From contig DATMZT010000058.1 of the NCBI GenBank assembly GCA_035573335.1, positions 6,299-70,298 on the forward strand: a DNA stretch of 64,000 nt, in the 5' to 3' direction. The notes under the pieces are model-generated. The model was not told the origin of the DNA. It did no database searches and saw only the letters and a program-made list of their open reading frames with translations. Positions 21,568 to 30,427 of this stretch are shown one piece after another (the first letter of the stretch is position 1; the number at the start of each line of letters is the position of its first letter). The translations under genes were made by a program, and so were the position numbers. The DNA is from Hyphomicrobiaceae bacterium (GTDB lineage Bacteria > Pseudomonadota > Alphaproteobacteria > Rhizobiales > Hyphomicrobiaceae).

Positions 21568-22818
21568 ATGACCATCAAACGCAGGACGGTGCTGGCCGGC
21601 ATGTTGGCCAGCGGTGCCGGCGCCGTCGCCATGCGGATGCCGGTCGCCCGGGCTCAGGCCGCGCCCTTTAGAATAGGCCTCTTGACCGTCAAGACCGGTC
21701 CTCTGGCGCAGGGCGGCATCCAGATGGAGCAGGGCATCGCTGCGTTCCTGAAGGAAAAGAACAATATGCTCGCCGGTCGCAAGGTCGAGCTCCTGGTCGC
21801 CGACACCGGTGGCAATCCGGCCGGTGCCAAAACCAAGGCGCAGGAGGTGATCGAGCGCGACAAGGTCAACGTCATCTTGGGCCCGCTTGCGGCCTTCGAA
21901 CTCTTGGCGATCACCGACTACGTGCGCGACAACGCCACCCCGCTCATCAGTCTGGCGGCGGCCGAAGACGTCACCCAGCGCAAGGCCAATCCGTTCGTCA
22001 TCCGTCCGTCGGCAACCTCCGGGCAGTGCAGCCACGTGATGGGCGACTATGCCGCCAACGACCTCAAGCTCAAGCGCGTTGCCACCATTTCCGATGATTT
22101 TGCCTTCGGCCACGAGCAGATATCGGCGTTCCAGCGCGCCTACGAGGATGCCGGCGGCAAGGTTGTCAAAAAGCTGTGGCCGCCGCTGGTGACGCCGGAC
22201 TACACCCCCTTCATCGCCCAGATCGGCAATGTCGATGGCGTGTTCCAAGGCTTTGCCGGCTCCAATCCGGTCAAATTCATGCGCTCCTACGCCGATCTCG
22301 GCCTCAAGGGGAAGGTGCCGCTGCTCGCCGGCTGGACCGGCATGGACGATGCCTTGCTGAAAAGCCTCGGCGATGAGGCGGTCGGTGTGCTCTCGGCGGC
22401 CTACTATTCGGCAACCGCCGATACGCCCAGTAACCGGCGGTTCGTGGCGGCGATGCAGAAGGACTACGGCGTGCTCCCTGGCGGCTACTCGGCCGGGATG
22501 TATGTCGCCGGCCAGTGCGTGGAAGCGGCCATGCAAGAGCTCGACGGCAAGGCCGACGACCGCAAGGCCTTGGCCGAGGCGCTGCACCGCGTCGCCTTGA
22601 CCGACACGCCGCGCGGCGCCGTGAAATTCGATCAATACGGCAACGTGGTCGGCGAGGTCTTCATTCGCCGCTGCGACAAAAAGGACGGCCAGCTGGTCAA
22701 CACGGTGATCAAGACCTATCAGAACGTGAGCCAATTTTGGAGCTACAACGAGCGCGAGTTTCTGGCAAACCCGGTCTATACGCGCGACTATCCGCCGGCG
22801 AAGAACCTCGAGAACTAG
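21568..22818 (+). CDS. ABC transporter substrate-binding protein, LivK/Peripla_BP_6 type
   Basis: SD TAAGGGAG. Signal MTIKRRTVLAGMLASGAGAVA. FRIGLLTVKTGPLAQGG is typical of branched-chain amino acid/aromatic acid-type binding proteins. 416 aa. Confidence 0.88.
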   Translation: MTIKRRTVLAGMLASGAGAVAMRMPVARAQAAPFRIGLLTVKTGPLAQGGIQMEQGIAAFLKEKNNMLAGRKVELLVADTGGNPAGAKTKAQEVIERDKVNVILGPLAAFELLAITDYVRDNATPLISLAAAEDVTQRKANPFVIRPSATSGQCSHVMGDYAANDLKLKRVATISDDFAFGHEQISAFQRAYEDAGGKVVKKLWPPLVTPDYTPFIAQIGNVDGVFQGFAGSNPVKFMRSYADLGLKGKVPLLAGWTGMDDALLKSLGDEAVGVLSAAYYSATADTPSNRRFVAAMQKDYGVLPGGYSAGMYVAGQCVEAAMQELDGKADDRKALAEALHRVALTDTPRGAVKFDQYGNVVGEVFIRRCDKKDGQLVNTVIKTYQNVSQFWSYNEREFLANPVYTRDYPPAKNLEN

Positions 22819-22910
22819 CTCGTTGGCGGCTGGGAGGCAATTTTGCTGCGTGCCGGTAGGCAGCGCTTGACGTCGCCGCAGACCGAGCGACGTGAGCGAG
22901 GCGAGGCTAC

Positions 22911-23771
22911 ATGAGCTTGTGGCTGACTTTGGCCGTCAACAGCATCGCGCTGGGCGGCCTCCTGTTCCTGCTCTCATCTGGCTTCTCGCTGATTTTCGGG
23001 CTGATGCGCATTCCCAATCTGATGCACGGCTCGTTCTTTATGCTGGGGGCCTATCTGGGCGTGACCTTGCTGGCGCGCGGCGTCAATTTCTGGGTTGCGG
23101 CGCTGGTGAGCACGGCGGCCTTGGCGCTGATCGGCGGTCTCATCGAGCGCGTGCTGCTGCGCCGGCTTGCCGGCGATCCTTTGCCGCAAGTGCTGTTGAC
23201 CTTGGGTGGCGCCTTTATCGTTGCCGACCTTTGTTTAATGCTGTGGACGGGCGATCCCTGGCAGCCGAGCACGCCCGAGCACCTGCGCGGCGTCGTGCAG
23301 GTGGGGGGACTTTACTTTCCGCTGTTCCGGCTGGTGATCGTCGCCGTCGGCCTGATTGTGGCGATCGCGCTCTGGCTGTTGGTCGACTGGACGCCGCTTG
23401 GTGCCAAGATCCGCGCCGGCGTCGATGATGCCGCCATCGCCCGCGTGGTCGGCATCAAGGTCTCGCAGCTTTTCACCTTGGTGTTCGCGCTGGGCGCGGC
23501 GCTGGCCGGTTTCGGCGGGGTGATGGGGGCGCCCTATCTGTCGGTCTATCCCGGTCTCGACTTCGAGATGCTGCCGCTGGCGCTGATCGTCGTGATCCTG
23601 GGCGGCACCGGCAGCCTGCTGGGGGCCCTGGTCGGCAGCTTCCTGATCGGCTTTCTCTACAATTTCGGCCAGGCGATGTTTCCCGATCTCGCCTATGTGA
23701 TCCTGTTCTTGCCGATGCTGGTGATCCTCGTGCTGCGCCCGCAAGGTCTGTTCGGCAAGGTGGTGCCGTGA
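22911..23771 (+). CDS. livH: branched-chain amino acid-type ABC transporter permease
   Basis: 286 aa polytopic. LIFGLMRIPNLMHGSFFMLGAY is typical of LivH-type permeases. Confidence 0.88.
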   Translation: MSLWLTLAVNSIALGGLLFLLSSGFSLIFGLMRIPNLMHGSFFMLGAYLGVTLLARGVNFWVAALVSTAALALIGGLIERVLLRRLAGDPLPQVLLTLGGAFIVADLCLMLWTGDPWQPSTPEHLRGVVQVGGLYFPLFRLVIVAVGLIVAIALWLLVDWTPLGAKIRAGVDDAAIARVVGIKVSQLFTLVFALGAALAGFGGVMGAPYLSVYPGLDFEMLPLALIVVILGGTGSLLGALVGSFLIGFLYNFGQAMFPDLAYVILFLPMLVILVLRPQGLFGKVVP

Positions 23772-24757
23772 GCCAGTACGCCGCGCGCGCGCTCGCCATT
23801 GCGGTTCTCGCCAGCCTGCCCGTCTGGATCGGCAACTCCTATTACATCAATATCGCCAGCCAGATCCTGATCTGGGCCGTCCTGGCGCTGGCGCTGAACC
23901 TGCTGGTCGGCTACGCCGGGCTTACCTCGCTCGGCCATGCCAGCCTGTTTGCCATCGGCGGCTACGCCGCCGCGATGGTGCTTGCCGCCGGCCACGGCCA
24001 TGTCCTCGCCGTGCTGGTGGCGCTGATCGTCACGCTGCTGGCCTCGGCGGTGTTCGCCGTCCTGGCGCTCAGGGCAACGGGCATCGGCTTCCTGATGATC
24101 ACCTTGGCGATCGGTCAGATCCTGTGGGGCATCGCCTACCGGTGGGCGAGCCTGACCAATGGTGACAATGGCATCAGCGTGTCGAGCCGGCCGGCGCCGT
24201 TCGGGCTGTCGTTGGCGGCGGCGCCGGCATTTTACTACGCGACGCTCCTGGTGTTCTTGCTCGCCGTCGCCAGCATGGCCGTGTTCGTGCGCTCGCCGTT
24301 TGGGGCAAGTTTGGTCGGTACCCGCGACCAGGCGCGCCGCATGACGGCGCTCGGCTACAATGTCTGGCTGATACGCTTCTTGACCATCCTTTTTTCCGGC
24401 TTCTGGTCCGGCGTGGCCGGGCTGCTCTTTATCTATTACAACCAGTTCATCAGTCCGCAGGTGGTGGCGCTGACGACCTCGGCGGAAGCGCTGCTGATGG
24501 TGATCTCGGGGGGCAGCGGCACCTTGCTCGGGCCGATCTTCGGCGCCGCTATCGTGGTGGTGATGAAGAACGTGGTCAGTGCCTACATCGAACGCTGGAA
24601 CCTGGTGCTCGGCATTATTTTCATCCTCATCATCAGCTTCATGCCGGAGGGTCTGGTGCCCGGCTCGGTGCGGTTGTGGCGCGCCGGCTGGCAGGCCTTG
24701 CGCGGCAAGGGTGCGGTCACGGCGCGGGCGACGGGCGCACCGGAGGCGTCGCGATGA
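23768..24757 (+). CDS. livM: branched-chain amino acid-type ABC transporter permease
   Basis: GTG start overlaps the livH stop. 329 aa polytopic. LNLLVGYAGLTSLGHASLFAIGGY is typical of LivM. Confidence 0.85.
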   Translation: MSQYAARALAIAVLASLPVWIGNSYYINIASQILIWAVLALALNLLVGYAGLTSLGHASLFAIGGYAAAMVLAAGHGHVLAVLVALIVTLLASAVFAVLALRATGIGFLMITLAIGQILWGIAYRWASLTNGDNGISVSSRPAPFGLSLAAAPAFYYATLLVFLLAVASMAVFVRSPFGASLVGTRDQARRMTALGYNVWLIRFLTILFSGFWSGVAGLLFIYYNQFISPQVVALTTSAEALLMVISGGSGTLLGPIFGAAIVVVMKNVVSAYIERWNLVLGIIFILIISFMPEGLVPGSVRLWRAGWQALRGKGAVTARATGAPEASR

Positions 24758-25491
24758 CGGCGCTCGAAATCGACGGCCTGAGCAAGGCCTTTGGCGGTCT
24801 GCGCGTGACGCGCAATGTCAGCCTTGCCGTCGCCCCGGGAGAGCGGCGGCTGCTCATTGGCCCGAACGGGGCGGGCAAGACCACGCTTTTCAATCTGATC
24901 ACGGGCGAGCTCACCCCCGACAGCGGCAAAATCAGGCTGTTCGGTCGCGACATCACGGCTGCGCCTTGCCGCCGACGCGCGCATCTCGGCATGGCGCGCA
25001 CCTACCAAATCATTACGCTGTTTGCGCGCGACACCATTGTGCGCAATATCATGCTGGCATTGCTCGGCCTGTCGCCATTGCGTTGGAATGCGCTGCGCGA
25101 TCTGGGCTCGCAGCGCGCGCTCGTTGCTGAGGCACGCGCCGTGCTGGCTCGCGTTGGCCTTGTTCACATCGCCGAGCGGCCGCTGGGCGAGACCTCCTAT
25201 GGCGAGCGCCGACGCGTCGAGATTGCCATGGCGCTGGCGCAAAACCCTAAGCTCCTGCTGCTCGATGAACCGTTCGCCGGCCTTTCGGTTGACGAGCGCC
25301 GCGACGTGCAGAAGCTGCTGCTCGGCATCCCCCGCGAGGTGACCGTGGTGATGATCGAGCACAATATGGACGTCGCCCTCGAGCTCGCCGACCGCATAAC
25401 GCTCTTGCATTTCGGCGAGGTGATCGTCGAAGGCACGCGCGCTGCGGTGGTGGCCGATCCGCGCACCCGCGAGGTGTACCTTGGCGCCTGA
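24754..25491 (+). CDS. livG: ABC transporter ATP-binding protein (LivG type)
   Basis: ATG at 24754 overlaps the livM stop (ATGA). It has Walker A GPNGAGKTT. 245 aa. Confidence 0.88.
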   Translation: MTALEIDGLSKAFGGLRVTRNVSLAVAPGERRLLIGPNGAGKTTLFNLITGELTPDSGKIRLFGRDITAAPCRRRAHLGMARTYQIITLFARDTIVRNIMLALLGLSPLRWNALRDLGSQRALVAEARAVLARVGLVHIAERPLGETSYGERRRVEIAMALAQNPKLLLLDEPFAGLSVDERRDVQKLLLGIPREVTVVMIEHNMDVALELADRITLLHFGEVIVEGTRAAVVADPRTREVYLGA

Positions 25492-26200
25492 AGCCCTCAC
25501 GCTGCGCCAGGTCGATGCCTACTATGGCGACAGCCATGCCCTGCAGCAGGTGTCGTTCGCGGCGGGCGCGGGACGCTTGCTCGGTCTGGTTGGCCGCAAT
25601 GGAGCCGGTAAAACCACCGCCATGAACGTCGCCGTCGGCCTGTTGCCGCCGCGCGCCGGTAGCGTGGCGGTGTTCGGCAGGAACGTTGCAGGTTTCACGC
25701 CGGAAGCGATTGCCGCCTGCGGCGTGGCGCTGGTGCCGCAAGGCCGCCGCGTCTTTCGTAGCCTGACGGTGCGCGAGAACCTGAGCGTGGCCGCGCGCAA
25801 GCCAATCGTCGCCGGCAAGACCACCTGGAACCTCGACACCGTGTTTCAGATGTTTCCCCGGCTCGCCGAGCGGCGTCATCAGCTCGCCAGTCTGCTCTCC
25901 GGCGGTGAGCAGCAGATGTTGGCGATCGGCCGGGCCCTGATGGGTAATCCACGGCTGTTGCTGATGGATGAACCTTCCGAGGGGTTGGCACCGCAGATCG
26001 TCGCCGACGTCGGGCGCACCATTGCCCGGCTCAAGGGCGAGGGGCTTTCGATCGTCCTGGTGGAGCAGAACATCAAGCTGACGTTGGATTTGGCCGACGA
26101 CATCGTCATCTTGAACTCGGGGCACGTGGTGTTCAGCGGGTTGGCGGGCCAGATCGCCTTGGACGATGCCATCGTCGCCCAGCACCTGGGCGTGCACTGA
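25481..26200 (+). CDS. livF: ABC transporter ATP-binding protein (LivF type)
   Basis: TTG start overlaps the end of livG. Walker A GRNGAGKTT, signature LSGGEQQMLAIGRAL and Walker B LLLMDEPSEG. Confidence 0.85.
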   Translation: MAPEALTLRQVDAYYGDSHALQQVSFAAGAGRLLGLVGRNGAGKTTAMNVAVGLLPPRAGSVAVFGRNVAGFTPEAIAACGVALVPQGRRVFRSLTVRENLSVAARKPIVAGKTTWNLDTVFQMFPRLAERRHQLASLLSGGEQQMLAIGRALMGNPRLLLMDEPSEGLAPQIVADVGRTIARLKGEGLSIVLVEQNIKLTLDLADDIVILNSGHVVFSGLAGQIALDDAIVAQHLGVH

Positions 26201-26286
26201 CGTGGGCGGGCAGGACAACAAAGGCCATCGATTGCAGGCCGTCGGCCGGACGTTAGGGACAGCCAAGAGCATTTGAGGAGGACCCC

Positions 26287-27345
26287 ATGAGCCAATGGAA
26301 CAAGTATGGGCCGACGGCGGCGCGCGCGCAGGTGCGGCCCGGGCGCGAAATCAGGCCGAAAAGCCTGACCGTCGACCTGCACTCGCACCTGGGCGTGCCG
26401 CGGGCGAGCGAATTCGTGAAGCCACATCTGTCGCCGGTCGCCTCCCCGTTGGTGCGGTTTGCCAACGCCGAGACCAAGGCGCTCAATCAAAAGCAAGAGG
26501 CCGACATTGTGGCGCGCGCCAGCCTCGAGCAGCGGCTGGCCGATCTCGACGCCATGGGCGTCGATATGCAGGTGATCAAGCCGCCGCCGCCGCAGTGCTA
26601 CTACGCCGTGCCGACCGAGATCGCCGTCGAGGCGGCGCGAATCATCAACGATGGCATTGCCGAATTCGTGGCCCGCAGGCCCGACCGCTTCAGGGGCTTT
26701 GGCACGGTGCCGATGCCGGACGGCAACGAAGCGGCAAAGGAGCTCGAGCGCTGTGTGACCCAGCTCGGCTTCAAGGGCGTGCAGATCCTCACCAACGTCA
26801 ACGGCGAGGAGCTATCGCACCCAAGCTTTGCACCGTTTTGGCAGAAGGCCGAGGCGCTCGGCGCGCTGGTCGTCATCCACCCCAACGGTTTCACCGATGC
26901 CGGCCGCCTGTCTCGGTTTTACTTCAACAATGTGATCGGCAATCCGTTGGAAACCAGCATCGCCGTGCACTATTTGATTTTCGACGGCGTGCTGGAACGG
27001 CACCCGAAGCTGAAGATTTTGGCCGTGCACGGCGGCGGCTATCTGGCGGCCTATGCCGGACGCATCGATCATGCCTGGGGCGCGCGTTCGGATTCGCACG
27101 GAACGCTGCCGCTGCCGCCGACCACCTATCTGAAGCGCCTTTACTTCGATACGATCGTTTTCACCCCACATCAGCTGCAGGAACTGGTGCGCCTCTACGG
27201 CGCCGACCGCATCGTCATGGGCACCGACTATCCCTTCGACATGGCCGACTACGATCCCGTGGGGCACGTTGCGGCCTGCGACTTCGATGCGGCCACGACG
27301 GCGGCCATTTGCGGCGGCAATGCCAAGGCGCTGTTGGGGCTGTAG
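26287..27345 (+). CDS. amidohydrolase-2 family protein (ACMSD-like decarboxylase/hydrolase)
   Basis: SD GAGGAGG. VDLHSHL, HPNGF, ILAVHGGGYL and MGTDYPFDM are metal-ligand positions typical of ACMSD/LigW-like enzymes. 352 aa. Confidence 0.85.
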   Translation: MSQWNKYGPTAARAQVRPGREIRPKSLTVDLHSHLGVPRASEFVKPHLSPVASPLVRFANAETKALNQKQEADIVARASLEQRLADLDAMGVDMQVIKPPPPQCYYAVPTEIAVEAARIINDGIAEFVARRPDRFRGFGTVPMPDGNEAAKELERCVTQLGFKGVQILTNVNGEELSHPSFAPFWQKAEALGALVVIHPNGFTDAGRLSRFYFNNVIGNPLETSIAVHYLIFDGVLERHPKLKILAVHGGGYLAAYAGRIDHAWGARSDSHGTLPLPPTTYLKRLYFDTIVFTPHQLQELVRLYGADRIVMGTDYPFDMADYDPVGHVAACDFDAATTAAICGGNAKALLGL

Positions 27346-27949
27346 CGGGCGAGGCACCAAACTCGGCTCGCGTTGGCGCCAGACACCACGCACGAAAGGT
27401 CCACAGTCCCGCGCCCGGGGCCTTTTTGTGCCCGGGGGCAGGCCCGCGAATCACGGCGGCCAACAGCGATGGAGACGCCACGGGCGCAAGCGCGGCAACG
27501 CTGCGCCGCCGCCCCAGCGTCCCTCGGGCCCATTTGCGAGGGCGCCCTGGGCTGGATCAAAGACCCGGGAAGCACATTTCCGTGAAGACGAAATGTTGGT
27601 GCGCCTCATTCGTTGTCGATATTGGCCGCCCATAGTCAAGGCAGGTGATTCGCCTTTTGAGTTTGCGGCGTGTCGGTTCGGGTCTTTCCAGTTCTCTCGT
27701 TGTGTTCGGCGGTGCGCCAGTCCTGGTCGAGGACCGCATCGTTCGTCAAGGCGTTTGTTCTCACAGGGGGTGGCCGATTTTGCAGGTCGGCAATGCTGAG
27801 CTTCGGCGACGCGCGCAGCTTCGATGCGCAGGTCGAGGCGTGTCTGCTTGGGTCGCGGTTTCGCCTCCTCATCACCAAACTCGTCAGGGATGCTTTTGGC
27901 CAGTGATTCGTCACAGGCCATGGCGATCGACAGAAGAGGGATATCAGCA

Positions 27950-28306
27950 ATGACGACGACTCTCGTCGAGCAGATCGAGGAAATGCGCGTTCGCATGAAC
28001 CAGCTTGCCCGCAGGGAACAGGACCTGGTCAGGGCCCTGGGGCAGGCGCTGAACCGTGCCGACCAGAAGCTCCTTCAAGACGTGCGCAATGTTGCCCTTG
28101 AGCACGAGATGCGGCGTGAGGGGATCCTGCGTGAGTTGCAGTCGTTGGCCACGCGCATGGGCGCCTTGCCGATGCCGCGCAGCCCCTATGCCTCGCTGGA
28201 GAACGCGCCCATCGACGTGCCGGCCTACGAGCCGAACCCGCCGGCCCCTCGTACGGGTGACTGGCGCCAGGCTGCGGCGAACCTGCGCGAGCACCTCCCC
28301 AATTGA
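27950..28306 (+). CDS. hypothetical coiled-coil protein (118 aa)
   Basis: ATG at 27950 after AGAGGG. High GC3. MTTTLVEQIEEMRVRMNQLARREQDLVRALGQ... is a helical N-terminal half, followed by a proline-rich C-terminal half. No family recognised. Confidence 0.65.
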   Translation: MTTTLVEQIEEMRVRMNQLARREQDLVRALGQALNRADQKLLQDVRNVALEHEMRREGILRELQSLATRMGALPMPRSPYASLENAPIDVPAYEPNPPAPRTGDWRQAAANLREHLPN

Positions 28307-28309
28307 CGC

Positions 28310-28370
28310 TCTAAGCCACGCTTGAGTGGCTCTTAGTGCCTCTAAGTAACTCTAAGTAACTCTAAGTAAC
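28310..28370. repeat. iteron-like array: inverted repeat followed by 3 perfect plus about 3 degenerate copies of the decamer TCTAAGTAAC
   Basis: tctaagccac g cttgagtggc tcttagtgcc tctaagtaac tctaagtaac tctaagtaac. It has 10-bp phasing, is AT-rich in a GC-rich genome and starts 4 nt after the stop at 28306. CTAAGCCAC/GTGGCTCTTAG form an inverted pair. Confidence 0.9.
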
Positions 28371-28381
28371 TGGCCGATGCC

Positions 28382-28405
28382 ACCGGTCGCCCCAGGGCGA
28401 CCGGT
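28382..28405 (+). terminator. strong hairpin (10-bp perfect stem) downstream of the decamer array; possible terminator or protein/RNA structural element
   Basis: ACCGGTCGCC-ccag-GGCGACCGGT, with no U-tract. Confidence 0.3.
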
Positions 28406-28658
28406 ACGCTAGCGGGTTGGGCCGGGCGCGGCTGCAGGGCGTGCCGCGCCGGCGGGCACGCCCAAGTGCGCCTCGCGGCCTTGAGAGCGCCCATTGCCCA
28501 AAGGCCCAACGCCTCCCAACGGTCCTCACCGACCCACGCGATGGGTTTGGGATTTGCCGCTTCCCGAGCTGACCGAGTGCGCGCGGCGCCCCGTTCCCAT
28601 CGCCGGGGCTGCCCGGCAACGTGTGGCAAGCCGGGCAAAAGACGCCGTTTGCCGGCTT

Positions 28659-28694
28659 ACCCCCAAGCTGGCCCCCAAGCTGGCCCCCAAGCTG
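28659..28694. repeat. three tandem 12-nt units (G/A)CCCCCAAGCTG
   Basis: acccccaagctg gcccccaagctg gcccccaagctg, read directly in the spacer upstream of the Bug gene. Confidence 0.9.
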
Positions 28695-28903
28695 GCGGGT
28701 CGAGGGCCGAGGCCGGGCCTCGGTCGGGGGTACGCTCGAGTGCTTTCGAACGCGGTTGAGAGCAGATACGATACCGGCGGGCGGCGGCTCGGTGGCACCG
28801 CGCAGGCCGTGGCCCAGAGTGCGTTGGCGCCAGGAGGTTGGGTTTTGTCCGCGATCTTCGGAAGCGACGCGCAACGGGTGGATCAAAAAAGGGGGACGTT
28901 CGC

Positions 28904-29860
28904 ATGCGCCAGTTAGCCAACCTGCTGCTCACTTTGCTGGCGACCGTTGGCCTCGCCGCTGCGGCCCTGGCGCAGGACGCCGCCAAGTATCCCGAGCAAA
29001 TGGTGCGCCTGGTTGTGCCGTTCTCGGCCGGCAGCATGACCGACCTGCTGGCACGCGTGGTCGCCGAAAAGCTGCAACAGCGCTGGAACAAAGAGGTGGT
29101 GGTCGAAAACCGGCCGGGACTTGCCGGGACCGCCAGTGTGGCCAAGGCCACGCCCGACGGCTATACCCTGATGCTGTCCTCGAACGGACATACCGTCATC
29201 GGGCACCTCAACAAGAATTTGGCCTTCGATCCGGTGCGCGACTTTGTCGGCGTGACGCAGGTGGCCGTCACGCCGCTGATCCTGGTGGTGCCGCCAGACT
29301 CCGGGCCGAAAAACGTCAAGGAGCTCGTGGAACTGGCCCGCGCCAAGCCGGGCGATCTCAACTACAGTTCGGCGGGGCTGGGCAGCACGACCGGCATCGC
29401 CGGGGCACTGTTCAGACAGACGACCAAGACCGATATCGTGCACCTGCCCTTCAAGGGCCTTCCCGAAACGCATACGGCCATCATTCGCGGTGACGTCGCG
29501 ATGGGGTTTTCGTTCTTTGCGGCGGCGGGCGATCTCATCCAGGGCGGCCGCATGCGGGCTTTGGCCGTCACCGGTCCCGATCGTTTGAGCGTGCTGCCCG
29601 ATGTGCCGACTTTCAAGGAGGCGGGGCTCTCCGAGTTCGAGTACGATTCATGGTTCGGAGTGTTGGCGCCCGCGGGTACGCCGAAAGCCATCATCGACAA
29701 GGCCAGCCGCGACATCGCCGAGGTCGTGCGCATGCCGGACGTCAAGGGGCGCTTTGAGCCGCAGGGTGCGGTGCTGGTCAGCACCTCACCTGATCGCTTC
29801 GACCAGATCCTCAAGGACGACGTGCAGCGCTATGCCACGCTGTTCAAGTCGACCAACTAA
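28904..29860 (+). CDS. Bug/TctC-family substrate-binding protein (orphan)
   Basis: ATG at 28904 after AAGGGGGA. Signal MRQLANLLLTLLATVGLAAAALA. MVRLVVPFSAGSMTDLLAR and SWFGVLAPAGTPK are Bug-family hallmarks. 318 aa. Confidence 0.9.
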   Translation: MRQLANLLLTLLATVGLAAAALAQDAAKYPEQMVRLVVPFSAGSMTDLLARVVAEKLQQRWNKEVVVENRPGLAGTASVAKATPDGYTLMLSSNGHTVIGHLNKNLAFDPVRDFVGVTQVAVTPLILVVPPDSGPKNVKELVELARAKPGDLNYSSAGLGSTTGIAGALFRQTTKTDIVHLPFKGLPETHTAIIRGDVAMGFSFFAAAGDLIQGGRMRALAVTGPDRLSVLPDVPTFKEAGLSEFEYDSWFGVLAPAGTPKAIIDKASRDIAEVVRMPDVKGRFEPQGAVLVSTSPDRFDQILKDDVQRYATLFKSTN

Positions 29861-29920
29861 GGGGCGCAGGCAGAAAGATTGGCGCCTAAACGGGGCGCTT
29901 GCAAAGTACAAGTTGCAAAA

Positions 29921-29950
29921 GCGAGGGTGGTGACGCGCCGCCACCCTCGC
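29921..29950. terminator. hairpin between convergent genes (possible bidirectional terminator)
   Basis: GCGAGGGTGG-tgacgcgccg-CCACCCTCGC, a 10-bp perfect stem. Confidence 0.4.
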
Positions 29951-29985
29951 TGCCAGCAGTTATTGTGAGGCAACGCCGATGCAAC

Positions 29986-30237
29986 CTACGACAAGCCCGT
30001 GCTGAGACGGTGCTTGGCTTCCTCGATTTGCCCGAGCAGTTGCGAGAAGGCTCCGCAGCCTCGCAAATCTGCGTCGTGGCTTTCAAGTTGGTCGAGAATA
30101 CTTTGGCGCCAGCGATCCAGGGTGCCGAGCTTTTCGCCGCGTGTGAGCAGCATTTCCTCGACGATGTCAGAGGGGCTATTGAACACTCGCGCTGGATTTC
30201 GCTTGGCAAAGGTGCGGTTCAAAGACGTTCGTTTCAC
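29986..30237 (-). CDS. small hypothetical protein (83 aa)
   Basis: GTG at 30237 lies 5 nt after a strong GGGAGGAAAGC SD. ...RVFNSPSDIVEEMLLTRGEKLGTLDRWRQSILDQLE... resembles small conserved alphaproteobacterial proteins. This is from memory and has not been searched. Confidence 0.55.
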   Translation of the reverse strand: MKRTSLNRTFAKRNPARVFNSPSDIVEEMLLTRGEKLGTLDRWRQSILDQLESHDADLRGCGAFSQLLGQIEEAKHRLSTGLS

Positions 30238-30427
30238 GCTTTCCTCCCGAAAGCCCGCATCACCATTGGCACATCGATTCGCGGCATTAATGTGTGCACC
30301 GCCGATCGGCGGGCGCCGAAAAAATTTGATTTTCCCGCGCGGCAAACATGGCCTCGGCCGTCTCAGCGCCGCGATCGTGTCACACGAATCATGCGGGGGT
30401 GTGGGACCAATCGAGGGAAGGTGGACC

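Noticed and set aside
21523-22734. 403-aa minus-strand ORF
   Set aside because: It is antisense to the LivK-type binding-protein gene. The same holds for 25247-26272 (antisense to livG/livF), 52629-53549 (antisense to dctP/dctQ) and 59118-60182 (antisense to the Bug and SDR genes).
27451-27996. 181-aa minus ORF and the overlapping 27670-27906 plus ORF in the lower-GC stretch after the second amidohydrolase
   Set aside because: The two candidates are mutually exclusive. The minus frame has only about 55% GC3, and the plus frame has better GC3 but an implausible sequence and no SD. Neither can be supported, so the region is left unannotated.
28310-28694. CRISPR array?
   Set aside because: The repeats are only 10-12 nt and directly abut each other without spacers. 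There are at most 3-6 units, and no cas genes are in the window.
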